A DNA stretch of 62,193 nt, filler included, from Nitrospinota bacterium (GTDB taxonomy: Bacteria; JAUXIQ01), in NCBI GenBank assembly GCA_030620925.1. It is 11 parts of 11 records of this genome, joined end to end, with 100 filler letters (N's around TTAATTAATTAA, not from the genome) between each part and the next. Parts side by side here need not be neighbours in the genome. Positions count along the whole stretch, not along the records: positions 18,859 to 23,715 come from JAUXIQ010000196.1; positions 23,816 to 29,602 come from JAUXIQ010000151.1; positions 29,703 to 42,295 come from JAUXIQ010000018.1; 8 more parts are not named here. The stretch is one strand, 5' to 3'. A program made the translations under genes and the position numbers. Below the pieces are notes generated by a model. It was not told the origin of the DNA. It saw nothing but the letters and a program-made list of their open reading frames with translations, and ran no database searches. Positions 20,093-31,293 of this stretch are shown piece by piece. The stretch's first letter is position 1, and each line of letters opens with the position of its first letter.

Positions 20093-20166
20093 CCCCGCAC
20101 AATGGGGCAGGGGAATCGTCGTTCGAGCATGCACCCGACGTCGTATCCCCGGGAGGCAGGGTGTAG

Positions 20167-22167
20167 CTATACCTGGCGACCGGTAATGGCGCCTTCATAT
20201 ATAGCGCGCCTGCAATTAAGCTCGGCGGCTTTCCTGGCTCCCCCTATCAGGTGAATTTCCTTGACCTTATTTTTCAGGCGTCGGTATATGTAGTCGTTCG
20301 GCTCCTGCCCGGCGCAGAGGATAACCGTATCCGCCTCCACCAGCTCCTCCTTGCCCTCCCTTTCTATGAGCACCCCTTTTTCGTTTATCTCTTTATACTG
20401 CACGCCTGCGAGCATGCGCACTCCGAGCTTTGATAAGTCCTGAAGCACGGCCCAGCGCGTGGTGCGCCCGATCAGATTCCCGATATGCTTACCCCGGCGC
20501 ATCAGCGTGACCCGCCGACCGGTGAGGGCAAGACCAAGTGCCTCTTGGGCCGGCAGCGCTGTGTTCTCCGCAAGATATACCGCGGCGTCGGCGCCGGCGG
20601 CGCCCTCCTTGGCGACCTTCAGGGCCACATCGCAGCCCACCCCCCCGGCACCGATTATGGCCACCCACTCGCCCACCGGCACTTTGCCCTCAAGCGCTTC
20701 CACATACCCCACCACGTTCTTTGACTTAACACCCGGGATATCCGGTACCAGGGGCTTTATCCCCGCAGCCACCACTACCGCATCGAACCTCCCCCGGGTG
20801 ATCATTTCAGGGGTGGCCCTGGTATCGAGCTTAACGTTTACCTTGAGTTTCTCCATATGGGCGGTCATATAATTAATTAAATTGTTGAACTCGCCCTTGC
20901 CGGGGATGGTCGCGCCCTGGAGCAACTGCCCGCCCAGCCTCGAGGAGCGCTCGAAGATAGTAACCCTGTGGCCCCGCAGGGCCAACACCCGGGCCGCTTC
21001 CAGGCCCGCAGGGCCGCCGCCTACGACGGCCACTTTCTTGCTCTTCCCGGCCTTCCTTATCTTCAGCTCGCGCTCGCGGCCGGCCTGAGGGTTGATGGCG
21101 CAGAAGCTCTCGCCCCCCTCGACCCCGAAGATGGTGTCCAGGCACACGTTGCAGGCGACGCACATGTTTATCTCATTCAGCTTCCCGGTTTTGGCCTTTC
21201 GTGGAAGATGGGGGTCGGCGATCAACGGCCGGGCCATGGAAACCATGTCCGCGTGCCCTTGCTGAAGGATGGCCTCCGCCAGGTGGGGGTGGTTGATCCT
21301 GTTGCTGCTCACCACCGGGACATCCACTGCCTCCTTTATCCCCCGGGCCAGGTAAGAGAACGCCCCCCCGGGCACACCGTGATAAACCGTGGGCACTCGC
21401 GACTCGTGCCACCCCACACCCACGTTTATGCAGTCGGCCCCGGCGGCTTCCATGTTGGAGGCTATGATCTTGGCCTCCTCGAAGGTGGTGCTGCCCTCCA
21501 TGTAATCGGCCCCCGAGTGGCGGACCACCACGGGGAAGTCCCTCCCGCAAGCCCCCTTGATGCCCTCGATTACCTCCAGGGGAAAGCGCATGCGGCGCTC
21601 CAGATCCCCGCCGTACTCATCCTGCCGCCGGTTGGTGAGAGGAGAAAGGAACTGGTTTAACAGGTAACCCTCGGAACTCATGACCTCAACGCAGTCGAAC
21701 CCGGCTTTCTTCGCCCTTAAAGCCGCCTGCCCGTATTTCTTCACCAGCTCCCTTATCTCTTCCACGCCGAGCTCCCGAGGCATCTCCCCCGTCATGCGGG
21801 AGAGGACGGCCGAAGCAGAGACGGCGGCCTCACCCAAGGCGCTGGAATGCGCGTAGCGCCCGGCGTGAAAAAGCTGGCAGGCTATCCGGCAATCATACCT
21901 GTGCATCGCATCCGCCAGCTCCTTCAGCTTGGGGATATACTTGTCCTCATCAACGGCCAGAAACTCTCTGCCGCCCTTCCCCAGCCGATCCACGTACATC
22001 CCCCCTATGCTTATGAGGCCAGCTCCGCCCCTGCCTCGCTCCACGTAGAAATCGACTATCCGGGGCGTCACATACCCGTCTCTCTCGTAGCCCTGGTGCA
22101 GAGCGCCCATAAAAATTCTATTGGGCACGGTCATGCTCCCTATCTGGATAGTCTCGAACAGCAGCAT
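20167..22167 (-). CDS. fadH: 2,4-dienoyl-CoA reductase (NADPH), Old Yellow Enzyme family with 4Fe-4S and FAD
   Basis: HAGRY, SEGYLLNQFL, GVGWHESRVPT, NRIN, CVACNVCLD, GGGPAG and GRTTRW. Confidence 0.88.
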   Translation of the reverse strand: MLLFETIQIGSMTVPNRIFMGALHQGYERDGYVTPRIVDFYVERGRGGAGLISIGGMYVDRLGKGGREFLAVDEDKYIPKLKELADAMHRYDCRIACQLFHAGRYAHSSALGEAAVSASAVLSRMTGEMPRELGVEEIRELVKKYGQAALRAKKAGFDCVEVMSSEGYLLNQFLSPLTNRRQDEYGGDLERRMRFPLEVIEGIKGACGRDFPVVVRHSGADYMEGSTTFEEAKIIASNMEAAGADCINVGVGWHESRVPTVYHGVPGGAFSYLARGIKEAVDVPVVSSNRINHPHLAEAILQQGHADMVSMARPLIADPHLPRKAKTGKLNEINMCVACNVCLDTIFGVEGGESFCAINPQAGRERELKIRKAGKSKKVAVVGGGPAGLEAARVLALRGHRVTIFERSSRLGGQLLQGATIPGKGEFNNLINYMTAHMEKLKVNVKLDTRATPEMITRGRFDAVVVAAGIKPLVPDIPGVKSKNVVGYVEALEGKVPVGEWVAIIGAGGVGCDVALKVAKEGAAGADAAVYLAENTALPAQEALGLALTGRRVTLMRRGKHIGNLIGRTTRWAVLQDLSKLGVRMLAGVQYKEINEKGVLIEREGKEELVEADTVILCAGQEPNDYIYRRLKNKVKEIHLIGGARKAAELNCRRAIYEGAITGRQV

Positions 22168-22612
22168 AATTACCCTCCTCTATAGTGGGCTCCAGGGAAA
22201 TATTTTAGGGGTTGAAGAGAAAAGAAGACCGCCTCGCAAAATAAAAATTTATCGGGCAGGAGCAGAGTATTAGTCTCATATTCTTCCATTTTGATCAACG
22301 ATAATTTAACCGCCTTTTTCACGCTGCCACCCCCGCCCATTCTTCCGGAATTCACTTAAGAGGTGGCTTAGAGTACAATCCTCCAAAAACCTTAAGCGCA
22401 TCGCAAAAAAAATTAATTTTAATTATGCTTAAACTCCAGAGCGTCTTAAAACGCGGCGCGAAAACCCTTCCCCGTAAGGCACTTATAGAGACTAACATCG
22501 TTATAATATAATTTCACGGCTAATTGGTTGTTTTTGTTAGCTTATTGTGGCGCAGTTTTGCAACCCATTGAAATTTAAAGTTTTAATAGTTTCGGTTCAT
22601 GGAAACTTTTTC

Positions 22613-22640
22613 TTGCAAATCCAAATAGTTTTGGTATAAT
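22613..22640 (+). promoter_or_regulatory. Probable dnaA promoter
   Basis: TTGCAA-16 bp-TATAAT with an extended -10 (TGnTATAAT). Confidence 0.6.
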
Positions 22641-22767
22641 CGGCTGCTGGGTGGGATGGTCTGAAAATGATGCAGAAGACTATTTAAAAGTGCCTTTTTT
22701 CACTCTTCCCCTGCCTAAACTTTGTTTTAAAATCACTTAAGTTCTTACACTGTGTTGATTTATAGAC

Positions 22768-22799
22768 TTTTCCACATCTGTGGAAAAGCCTGTGCATTA
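22768..22799. promoter_or_regulatory. DnaA box cluster upstream of dnaA (autoregulation and/or part of oriC)
   Basis: TTTTCCACA (22768-22776), inverted TGTGGAAAA (22779-22787) and a weaker TGTGCATTA (22791-22799), in an AT-rich intergenic region. Confidence 0.8.
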
Positions 22800-22858
22800 C
22801 CTGATCACTTTTTATCATCCTTAGAGTCTCGCAGGGGAGGGGGGGGGGTTGACTGGCG

Positions 22859-23715
22859 ATGGAACATCTATTATGGAAGCAGGTTCTGGAGAACGTTGAA
22901 GACAGGGTCCATAGCCACGTGTACGAGACATGGTTTAAGCCCACGGAGCAGTTATCATATCAAGACGGCATACTTACAATATCCGTTCCCAACCGTTTTC
23001 ACAAAGACTGGCTATGCTCAGATGAGTATAACACAATAATCAGGAATTCTCTCGGCGAGGTATCTAAAGAAACACCCTCCATCCGGTTCGAGATCTGTAC
23101 CCAGGTGGGGAATCAGGAGACGGACGCCGCGGCCCCCGAGCCCAAACCGGCCCCCGGTGAGGGTGGCGGCTGGCCTCACCGCCTCAATCCCTCTTATACC
23201 TTTGAGAACTTCGTTGTCGGGGCCAGCAACCAGTTCGCACACGCCGCTTCCATGGCCGTCTCCGAGTCGCCCGCGGTGGCATACAACCCTCTATTTATAT
23301 ATGGCGCAGTGGGTTTGGGCAAAACCCATCTGATGCATGCCATCGGCCACCAGGTGCTTAAAAAATCCCACCCCTTCAAACTCCTCTACCTTACCTCAGA
23401 GGGCTTCGTCAACGATCTTATTTCTTCCCTCCAGCGCGACAGGATGGAGAACTTCAGAAACAAATACAGAAACATAGACGTTCTTTTAATGGACGATATC
23501 CAGTTCATCGCCGGGAAGGACCGGACGCAAGAGGAGTTTTTCCATACCTTCAACACTTTGCACGAATCGAGCAAACAGATAGTAATCTCGTGCGACAGGT
23601 TCCCGAAAGAGATTTCGGGATTAGAGGAGAGGCTGCGCTCTCGCTTTGAGTGGGGCCTGATAGCCGATATTCAGCTCCCGGATTTAGAAACTAAAATAGC
23701 AATAATGAACAAGAA
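22859..23715 (+). CDS. dnaA: Chromosomal replication initiator DnaA, 3' partial
   Basis: [47 protein letters not shown] and [10 protein letters not shown]. Confidence 0.99.
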
Positions 23716-23815
23716 NNNNNNNNNNNNNNNNNNNNNNNNNNNNNNNNNNNNNNNNNNNNTTAATTAATTAANNNNNNNNNNNNNNNNNNNNNNNNNNNNN
23801 NNNNNNNNNNNNNNN
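23716..23815. other. Artificial contig linker
   Basis: N44-TTAATTAATTAA-N44. Confidence 0.99.
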
Positions 23816-23816
23816 A

Positions 23817-24899
23817 GGGGTGGGGGCGCTCCAGCTCGCCTTCGAGCAGTTGAAGCAGCGTCTCATGGAAGAGGGCCTCTTCGATGAGAAGCACAAGAGA
23901 CCGCTTCCCCTTCTGCCTCAGAGAATAGGTGTGGTGACCTCCCCCACGGGGGCCGCCATCCGGGATATACTGCGGGTCATAGAGCGGAGGTTCGCCAACG
24001 TGCACGTTCTGCTCTACCCGGTCCGCGTGCAGGGTGAGGGCGCCGCAGAAGAGATAGCCGAGGCCGTAGGTGCTTTCAACAACCTGCCCGCCCTGGGGCA
24101 CGGCCTGCCGGAAGTAGACGTTATCATCGTGGGCAGGGGTGGCGGCTCGCTGGAAGACCTCTGGGCATTCAACGAAGAAGCGGTGGCCAGAGCCGTTTAC
24201 GCCTCATCCATACCGGTCATCTCCGCCGTGGGACACGAGATCGACTTCACCATATCCGATATGGTAGCCGACGTTAGGGCGGCCACCCCTTCGGCGGCGG
24301 CGGAAATGGTGGTAATGAACAAAGAAGATATCAGCCGCAGGGTGGCGGACCTCGGCGCCAGGCTGGTCAATTCCACCCGCGCCGCCCTTAACATATATAG
24401 CGAACGGTTGGAAGGCATCTACAGGCGAAGACCTTTCGTCATACCCGTGGAGCGTATCGGTGGATTTCAACAGCAGGTGGACGACCAGGTAATGCGGCTC
24501 TGCAGGGAAACGGAGCTAAAGGTAAAGGCAAAATTTGAGCGACTCAACGGATTAAAACAGGGGATCAAACTACTCTCTCCCCTCAGTCTGGTCAACCGCT
24601 ACCTCGATCTGTTGAAAAACAGCGAAAGCGGCCTCCTGACTTCCATAAGAGTGGTCATGGAAGGAAAGCTCCACCGTTACAGGGAGCTGGCCGCCAGGAT
24701 GAACTCGTTGAGTCCTCTGGCCGTGCTGGAGCGGGGATTCAGCATCTGCTACAAATTGCCGGAAATGGAGGCGGTAAAGGACGCATCGGCGCTGGAAACC
24801 GGAGACAGGCTGAGGCTCCGCTTCAGCCGCGGGAGCGCCCTGTGCCGTACGGAAGAACGCATTATTGAGGATGAAAATAATGACCGAAATGAAGTTTGA
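23817..24899 (+). CDS. xseA: Exodeoxyribonuclease VII large subunit, 5' partial
   Basis: [37 protein letters not shown] and LSPL.VL.RG. Confidence 0.97.
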   Translation, partial: GVGALQLAFEQLKQRLMEEGLFDEKHKRPLPLLPQRIGVVTSPTGAAIRDILRVIERRFANVHVLLYPVRVQGEGAAEEIAEAVGAFNNLPALGHGLPEVDVIIVGRGGGSLEDLWAFNEEAVARAVYASSIPVISAVGHEIDFTISDMVADVRAATPSAAAEMVVMNKEDISRRVADLGARLVNSTRAALNIYSERLEGIYRRRPFVIPVERIGGFQQQVDDQVMRLCRETELKVKAKFERLNGLKQGIKLLSPLSLVNRYLDLLKNSESGLLTSIRVVMEGKLHRYRELAARMNSLSPLAVLERGFSICYKLPEMEAVKDASALETGDRLRLRFSRGSALCRTEERIIEDENNDRNEV

Positions 24900-25131
24900 A
24901 GATGCCCTTAAACGGCTCGAAGAAATAGTCCAGGAGCTGGAGCAGAGCGAACCTGAGCTGGACAGGTCTCTGGAAATATTCGAAGAAGGCATCAAACTGG
25001 CCCGCTGGTGTACGCGGAAACTGGATGAAGCCAACAAAAAAATTGAGACCCTGTCCAGAGATGATGAAGGAGAGATTCGTTCCCAGCCCTTCCCCGGAAC
25101 TTCCGAGGAAGGGGACGGCGAGGAGGGATAA
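24880..25131 (+). CDS. xseB: Exodeoxyribonuclease VII small subunit
   Basis: [14 protein letters not shown]...L..SL..FEEG.KL...C...L..A. Confidence 0.95.
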   Translation: MTEMKFEDALKRLEEIVQELEQSEPELDRSLEIFEEGIKLARWCTRKLDEANKKIETLSRDDEGEIRSQPFPGTSEEGDGEEG

Positions 25132-25135
25132 AACC

Positions 25136-26059
25136 ATGTCCGCGGGAGAGCACTCCCTGAGCTTACCCGAAGAAGAAATGCTCCTGTTGACGGGATACAT
25201 GCAGGAAAAACAGGAACAGGTGGACAGGGCGCTGGAGGAAATATTACCGCCCGCTCCGGATTGCCCCTCAGACATAGTGGAGGCCATGCGCTATACCCTC
25301 TTTTCCGGAGGGAAACGGCTGCGGCCCATCCTCGTTCTGGCTTCGGCCGAAGCCGTCGGCGGAAGAGGCGAACAGGCCTTGCCCGCGGCCTGCGCCATCG
25401 AGCTAATACATACCTATTCCCTCATACACGACGACCTCCCATCCGTTGATAACGACGACTATCGTAGAGGCAAACTTTCAAACCACAAAGTGTTCAGCGA
25501 AGCCATGGCCATATTCGCCGGAGACGCACTCCTCACCCACGCTTTCATGGTAATGACCGACGCACGACGATTGCCCGATACCGACCCCGCCCTGATGCTT
25601 GGCGTCGCCGGAGAGATCGCCCGGGCCGTGGGCGTGGAGGGAATGGTGGGAGGGCAGACGGTGGATATTATCTCCCAGGGCAGAGAGGTCGAGCCCTCGC
25701 TCCTGGATTACATACATAGCAACAAGACGGCGGCCCTCATAAGAATCTCCGCCAGGTCGGGGGCAATCCTAGGAGGAGGAAGCGAGGAGGAAGTAAGAGC
25801 CATCAGCGATTATGGGGGCAAGACAGGATTGGCGTTTCAGATAGTGGACGACCTGCTGGACATATCACAATCCGGTGAGACGGAAGGAGGCGACCAGCAA
25901 CTGGGGAAGGCGACTTATCCGGCCGTCCACGGCGTTGAGAAATCCAGGCAAAGAACCGTGCAGTTAATAGAGGAAGCGCTTGCCGATCTCTCCGGTTTCG
26001 GCCCCGCAGCCGACCCTCTGCGACGCATCGCCTGTTTCGTCGCCTTCAGGGACCATTAG
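25136..26059 (+). CDS. ispA: Farnesyl/geranylgeranyl diphosphate synthase
   Basis: GGKRLRP, SLIHDDLP..DNDDYRRG, GGQ..D and FQIVDDLLD. Start at ATG 25136 after GAGGAG. Confidence 0.95.
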   Translation: MSAGEHSLSLPEEEMLLLTGYMQEKQEQVDRALEEILPPAPDCPSDIVEAMRYTLFSGGKRLRPILVLASAEAVGGRGEQALPAACAIELIHTYSLIHDDLPSVDNDDYRRGKLSNHKVFSEAMAIFAGDALLTHAFMVMTDARRLPDTDPALMLGVAGEIARAVGVEGMVGGQTVDIISQGREVEPSLLDYIHSNKTAALIRISARSGAILGGGSEEEVRAISDYGGKTGLAFQIVDDLLDISQSGETEGGDQQLGKATYPAVHGVEKSRQRTVQLIEEALADLSGFGPAADPLRRIACFVAFRDH

Positions 26060-26241
26060 CCAAACGTACGGGAGTTATAGATATTTGTAGAAAATACCGA
26101 TACTATTATGTAAAATAGTATTAGGTATACCGAGCAATATTAAGGGTATTAAACTTGGGGGGAAATTGTTAATCCCATACCTTATAAAATCCGACTGGCT
26201 TGTATCAGTAGATTTTAAAAAACCTTCGGAGTGAAAGTTTA

Positions 26242-28140
26242 ATGAGCGTCCTGGAAAGAATAGAGCGCCCCAAAGACCTCAAATCCCTCTCCCTGGAAGA
26301 GCTGAATACACTGGCCGGTGAGATAAGAGAGCTGATAATCAAGGTGGTCTCACAAACCGGCGGCCACCTCGCCTCCAACCTGGGCACCGTGGAGCTGACC
26401 CTGGCCCTCCATCACGTCTTCGACGCACCCAGGGACAGGATCGTCTGGGATGTGGGACACCAGACATACACCCACAAAATAATCACCGGCCGCAAAGACA
26501 AATTTCATACCCTCCGCCAGTTCCAGGGTCTGAGCGGTTTCCCCAAACGCTCCGAAAGCGATTACGACACCTTCGACACGGGCCACGGCGGGACCTCCAT
26601 TTCGGCGGCTCTGGGCATGGCCGAAGCCAGGGATCACCTAAGCGAACAGCACAAAGTAGTGGCGGTAATCGGGGACGGCTCGATGACCTCCGGCATGGCC
26701 TTCGAAGGCTTGAACAACGCCGGGCCGCTCAAAAAGGACTTCGTGGTCATCCTCAACGACAACGAGATGTCCATCTCCCCCAACGTGGGTGCGCTCTCCA
26801 GCTACTTGAGCCGTCTGCTCACGGGAAAACTCTCTATAAGGCTGCGCCGCAATACCAAAAAGCTTCTTAAGCGGCTCCCCAGGGAGGGAGGCCGAATCCA
26901 GAGCCTCATCAAACGGGTGGAAGAATCATTAAAAGTCTTCTTTACCCCCGGTGTGCTGTTCGAAGAGCTGGGTTTCAAATACATAGGACCCATAAAAGGG
27001 CACGACCTGAACGATCTCATAGACGTCTTCCGGCACGTGCGGCTATTGGATTGCCCCGCTCTGGTCCACGTCATCACCAAAAAAGGTAAGGGCTACCCCT
27101 TCGCTGAGGACGACCCCACAACCTTCCACGGCATTAGCCCGTTCGACATCTCCACCGGTAAATGCTCCAACCAGGAGGGGCCGCCGACTTACACCAAGGT
27201 CTTCGGAGATACCATGACCAGGCTGGCCCAGGAAGACAACCGCATAGTGGGAATAACCGCTGCAATGTCCGACGGGACGGGCCTGGATAAGTTCGGGGAA
27301 AAGTTCCCCGGCAGGTTCTACGACGTAGGGATGGCCGAACAGCACGCCGTAACCTTCGCCGCCGGATTGGCCATCGAAGGCTTCAAACCGGTGACGGCCA
27401 TATACTCCACCTTCCTTCAGCGCGCTTACGACCAGGTATTGCACGACGTCTGCCTCATGAACCTCCCCGTCACTTTCGTGCTCGACCGCGGCGGCCTGGT
27501 GGGCGAGGACGGCCCCACGCACCACGGCACCTACGACCTGTCTTTCCTGCGCTCCTGCCCCAACATGGTGATCATGGCTCCAAAGGATGAAAGCGAGCTG
27601 CCGTCAATGCTCAAGACGGCCCTTGAACACACCGGCCCGGTAACACTGCGCTTTCAAAGAGGGAGGGGACAGGGCGTAGAGATTAAACCGGAGATAGACA
27701 TCCTCTCCATTGGAGCGGCCGAGGTAATGCGCGAAGGGAAGGATATAGCAATCCTGGCCGTGGGGAGCACCGTCTACCCGTCATTAGAAGCGGCCCGGGA
27801 ACTGGAAAAAGAAGGCATCCTGGCCACAGTAGTTAACATGCGGTTCGTTAAACCGTTGGACGAAGACCTGCTGAGGAGGCTCGCCTCCAGCGTCCAAAAG
27901 TTCGTCACCGTCGAGGATAACGTTCTTACCGGAGGGTTCGGAAGCGGCGTCCTCGAGTTCTTCCAGGACGAAGGCATCACCCGGGTACAGGTAACACGGG
28001 CGGGCCTGCCCGAAAAAGTCGAAGAACAGGGCCCTCTTCCCGTTCTCAGAGCCAACTACGGCATAGACGCCCAGGGTATCGCCGCCGCCGTGAGGGAAAC
28101 CGTAAAAGCCGTGCACCGTGTCGATGAGGTGCACCTTTAA
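26242..28140 (+). CDS. dxs: 1-deoxy-D-xylulose-5-phosphate synthase
   Basis: GGHLASNLG.VEL, WDVGHQ, GDGSMT.GMAFE, AEQHAV and EDGPTHHG. Confidence 0.98.
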   Translation: MSVLERIERPKDLKSLSLEELNTLAGEIRELIIKVVSQTGGHLASNLGTVELTLALHHVFDAPRDRIVWDVGHQTYTHKIITGRKDKFHTLRQFQGLSGFPKRSESDYDTFDTGHGGTSISAALGMAEARDHLSEQHKVVAVIGDGSMTSGMAFEGLNNAGPLKKDFVVILNDNEMSISPNVGALSSYLSRLLTGKLSIRLRRNTKKLLKRLPREGGRIQSLIKRVEESLKVFFTPGVLFEELGFKYIGPIKGHDLNDLIDVFRHVRLLDCPALVHVITKKGKGYPFAEDDPTTFHGISPFDISTGKCSNQEGPPTYTKVFGDTMTRLAQEDNRIVGITAAMSDGTGLDKFGEKFPGRFYDVGMAEQHAVTFAAGLAIEGFKPVTAIYSTFLQRAYDQVLHDVCLMNLPVTFVLDRGGLVGEDGPTHHGTYDLSFLRSCPNMVIMAPKDESELPSMLKTALEHTGPVTLRFQRGRGQGVEIKPEIDILSIGAAEVMREGKDIAILAVGSTVYPSLEAARELEKEGILATVVNMRFVKPLDEDLLRRLASSVQKFVTVEDNVLTGGFGSGVLEFFQDEGITRVQVTRAGLPEKVEEQGPLPVLRANYGIDAQGIAAAVRETVKAVHRVDEVHL

Positions 28141-28206
28141 GAGCAAAAACGGCAAAAAATCCTGCGATGCTCCCCCCCCTTCTACTGATAATTTTTGAGG
28201 GAGTTG

Positions 28207-29001
28207 ATGCGTAAAAAGGTCAGGCTCGATGCCCTACTGGTGGAAAGGGAACTGGCCTCCAACCGCTCTCAGGCGCGCGCCCTCATCATGGCAGGAAAAG
28301 TCCTTTTAAACGACCGACCGTCCACCAAAGCCGGCGCCGGCGTGGACCCTGCTTCTTCATTGGAACTCCGTGGAGGTGGGATAAAATATGTCAGCAGAGG
28401 TGGAGAGAAGCTGGAGCACGCCCTGGAGCATTTCCGCATCCGGGTCAAAGACGCGGTGGCGCTGGATGTGGGGGCCTCCACGGGGGGCTTCACCGATTGC
28501 CTGCTGCAGCGGGGTGCCAAACGGGTTTACTGCGTGGACGTGGGCTACGGCCAGCTGGCCTGGAAGCTGCGCCAGGATAGCCGGGTGGTGAACCTGGAGC
28601 GAACGAACGCCCGGCATCTGAAACCGGAAAGTATAGGAGAACCGATCGGGCTGGCGGTAATAGACGTCTCCTTTATATCCCTCGAACTTATACTACCACC
28701 CGTATTCAGAGCACTGAGTGAGGGCGGGGACATAGTGGCCCTGATAAAACCGCAGTTCGAGGTCGGGAAGGGAGAAGTCGGCAAAGGAGGAGTGGTCAGA
28801 GACGCCGATAAACACGAAAAAGTACTTCTCAAGGTCGCCGGTTTCGCATCCGCAATCGGGCTCAGCGTTGAGGGATTCACAGCGAGTCCGCTTAAAGGGC
28901 CCAAAGGAAACTCGGAGTTTTTCATCCACCTCAAAAAGGACGGCCCCCCTCAGGATACGGAAAAAGTGAAACTCATGATAACCGACGTCGTCTATAATTA
29001 A
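28207..29001 (+). CDS. tlyA: TlyA family rRNA (cytidine-2'-O)-methyltransferase
   Basis: S4 domain RLD.LLV, YVSRGG.KL, DVGASTGGFTD, DVSFISL and KPQFE. Confidence 0.95.
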   Translation: MRKKVRLDALLVERELASNRSQARALIMAGKVLLNDRPSTKAGAGVDPASSLELRGGGIKYVSRGGEKLEHALEHFRIRVKDAVALDVGASTGGFTDCLLQRGAKRVYCVDVGYGQLAWKLRQDSRVVNLERTNARHLKPESIGEPIGLAVIDVSFISLELILPPVFRALSEGGDIVALIKPQFEVGKGEVGKGGVVRDADKHEKVLLKVAGFASAIGLSVEGFTASPLKGPKGNSEFFIHLKKDGPPQDTEKVKLMITDVVYN

Positions 29002-29045
29002 GTCAATGGTTTACATTTTCAAAATAATATTAGAGTGAGAACGAT

Positions 29046-29602
29046 ATGCACCCCGTGATCTTTACAATCGGCCCCTTTGTCTTCCGCTTCTACGGACTCA
29101 TGTACATGATAGCTCTCCTGGTGGGAATCGTCCTCATACGCAAGGAGGTTACGAGGAAAGGCCTACCCCTAACTTCAGACAACGTATGGAATATGGTCTT
29201 GGTGATCTTTCTTTGCGGTCTGGTAGTCGCCAGAATCTATTACGTCGCCTTCAACTGGGCATACTACTCCCGCTTCCCGTCAGAAATAGTGGCCATCTGG
29301 CATGGGGGACTGGCCATCCATGGAGGCATCATCGGCGGCCTGCTGGGAGGCATAATCATGACCAGGCGCCTGAAAGTCCCATTCTGGCGCATGGCCGATA
29401 CAGTGGCCCCCAGTATGATACTGGGAATGGTTTTCGGCCGGTTCGGCAATTTTATGAACGGGGACGCCCACGGCCTCCCCACGAATAAACCCTGGGGCCT
29501 GGTCTTCAAACCGGAAACCGCCGCGGGGATGCAGTTCTCCGATCAGCCGATTCATCCCACGATGCTCTATGAGCTCACCTTCAACGCACTAATATTCTCC
29601 TA
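29046..29602 (+). CDS. lgt: Prolipoprotein diacylglyceryl transferase, 3' partial
   Basis: FYGLMY, W.GGLAIHGG, GRFGNFMNG and HPT.LYE. Confidence 0.96.
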
Positions 29603-29702
29603 NNNNNNNNNNNNNNNNNNNNNNNNNNNNNNNNNNNNNNNNNNNNTTAATTAATTAANNNNNNNNNNNNNNNNNNNNNNNNNNNNNNNNNNNNNNNNNN
29701 NN
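29603..29702. other. Artificial contig linker
   Basis: N44-TTAATTAATTAA-N44. Confidence 0.99.
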
Positions 29703-30337
29703 ATGTATATCATGGAGAGTAAAACAAAGACAAACGCCTGAATGAAACTGGTGAAAATGGCCAGAAGTATCAAGGGGATGGGCACGAAATAGGGAACCAG
29801 AAAAGCCAGGATGAGGAGCACCAGGTCTTCTCCCTTGATGTTGCCGAAAAGACGGACGGAGAGGGAGAGAGGCCTGGCGAAGTGGCCAATAAGCTCCAGG
29901 GGCAGCATCAGAGGCGCCAGGGCCGGTATGGGCCCCGTGAAATGCTTGATGTATCTGAAGCCATGCTTGCGGAACCCGATGGAATGATAAGTTATAAAAA
30001 CCACTATTGCGCAAGCGGCGGTTGTGTTAAGGTTACTGGTCGGAGACATGAATCCAGGAACCAGGCCGGCGACGTTGGATATGAATATGAAGAACCCCAG
30101 CGCACCGATGAGGGGAAAATACTTGGGTCCCTCCGGGCCCATCACCCCTTCCATGAAATTCAGCATACCCTGGATGACGGCCTCGAATAGGTTCTGCCCT
30201 TTGGCGGGTATAAGTTTTAGCCCCCTGGTGAAAATTATGGACAGCACCACCAGAATGGCCATGATAATCCATGTATAGGCGACATGGACGGGGACACCCG
30301 GTATGTGCAGGAAGACATAAGGTTCGCGCAATTCCAT
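29703..30337 (-). CDS. atpB: F0F1 ATP synthase subunit a, 3' partial
   Basis: QNLFE, N..GLVPG..SPTSNLN, RPLSLSVRLFGN and IQAFVF. Confidence 0.97.
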
Positions 30338-30738
30338 CAGATGCGCCTCCTGGCTGTTTCAGTGAAAGCTCTCCTGATTCCCACCGCGCTTATGGCCAGA
30401 AAAACCACCGAGAGCCCGACGAAGGTGGCGGGGATGTTGACCAGCCCTGCCTTAAATACGCCGTAGATAATCACACCCACGGCCAGGTATCTAATAATAT
30501 AGTTAACCCTGGCCATGGTCTTGGCCCGGTTGGCATCACCGCAGAAGAGAACGCGCTGGATGAAAAATTTGAGCCACCTGAAGTTGAGAATGCAGATAAG
30601 ACCGCCGGTCAGAACGCCCACGGTCACCCGAGGCGACAAAAAAAGGAGGCTCAACGCCAACAGAAGTAACAGTATCCCCCAACTGTATCGCTCGATTTCC
30701 GCGATCAGATTACTATCCGACGAAATACCACTCTTCAT
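30337..30738 (-). CDS. atpI: ATP synthase protein I
   Basis: Four-TM protein with G...NF.WL and GLSV, directly upstream of atpB. Confidence 0.85.
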   Translation of the reverse strand: MKSGISSDSNLIAEIERYSWGILLLLLALSLLFLSPRVTVGVLTGGLICILNFRWLKFFIQRVLFCGDANRAKTMARVNYIIRYLAVGVIIYGVFKAGLVNIPATFVGLSVVFLAISAVGIRRAFTETARRRI

Positions 30739-30980
30739 TTATCTTTGTCTTGGTCCTTGTACTGCTTTATTGTCAGTCTATATAGGTTTACGAAACCAGC
30801 GACAATGCCCAAAAGCATGAATATCATGAAGAAAATGGGAGCTGTATCGAACTTTTTATCGAGAAAGAGGCCGAAGGCTATACCCAGTGCTATGGAAACA
30901 CCGAAATAGATACCCATTGCACTCAGAGGACCAAGCTCCCTGAGCAGCCTCAGTTTGTTCTGATCATTCTTCCGGTCCAT
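30735..30980 (-). CDS. atpZ: AtpZ/AtpI (ATPase gene 1) family protein
   Basis: G..LDKKF.T.P.F...F..LGIVAGF.N motif. Start at ATG 30980. Confidence 0.85.
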   Translation of the reverse strand: MDRKNDQNKLRLLRELGPLSAMGIYFGVSIALGIAFGLFLDKKFDTAPIFFMIFMLLGIVAGFVNLYRLTIKQYKDQDKDK

Positions 30981-31131
30981 CTTACATCCCGCCCGAAACA
31001 GTTTGCTTCGGTTCCGCCTTAACCGGCCCGTTTCATGGAACCCCATGTGCATCCAGGTTCAAGCACAAAAACGAGACCCTAATACCAGTTTAATACCATT
31101 TCAGCCGGATGTAAAATGGCAAATCCACGTA

Positions 31132-31160
31132 AAACTAACAGACACGACTTCTGTTGTCAA
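31132..31160 (-). promoter_or_regulatory. Probable atp operon promoter
   Basis: Minus strand TTGACA-17 bp-TAGTTT with a TGn extension. Confidence 0.6.
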
Positions 31161-31293
31161 GGCTTTTTTATTCGGTGAGCCGAACACATATAACTCATTT
31201 TTATAATTGGTTGATTCCGGTATTTTTCACGCTGAAATCCTTTTAAGCGTGGGCCTTCAATACTTTATGAAACGGCTTGAAAGGGGCGGTAGA

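Noticed and set aside
20869..20883. TAATTAATTAA inside fadH, resembling the linker
   Set aside because: There are no flanking Ns and the fadH frame reads through it (FNNLINYM), so it is a chance match.
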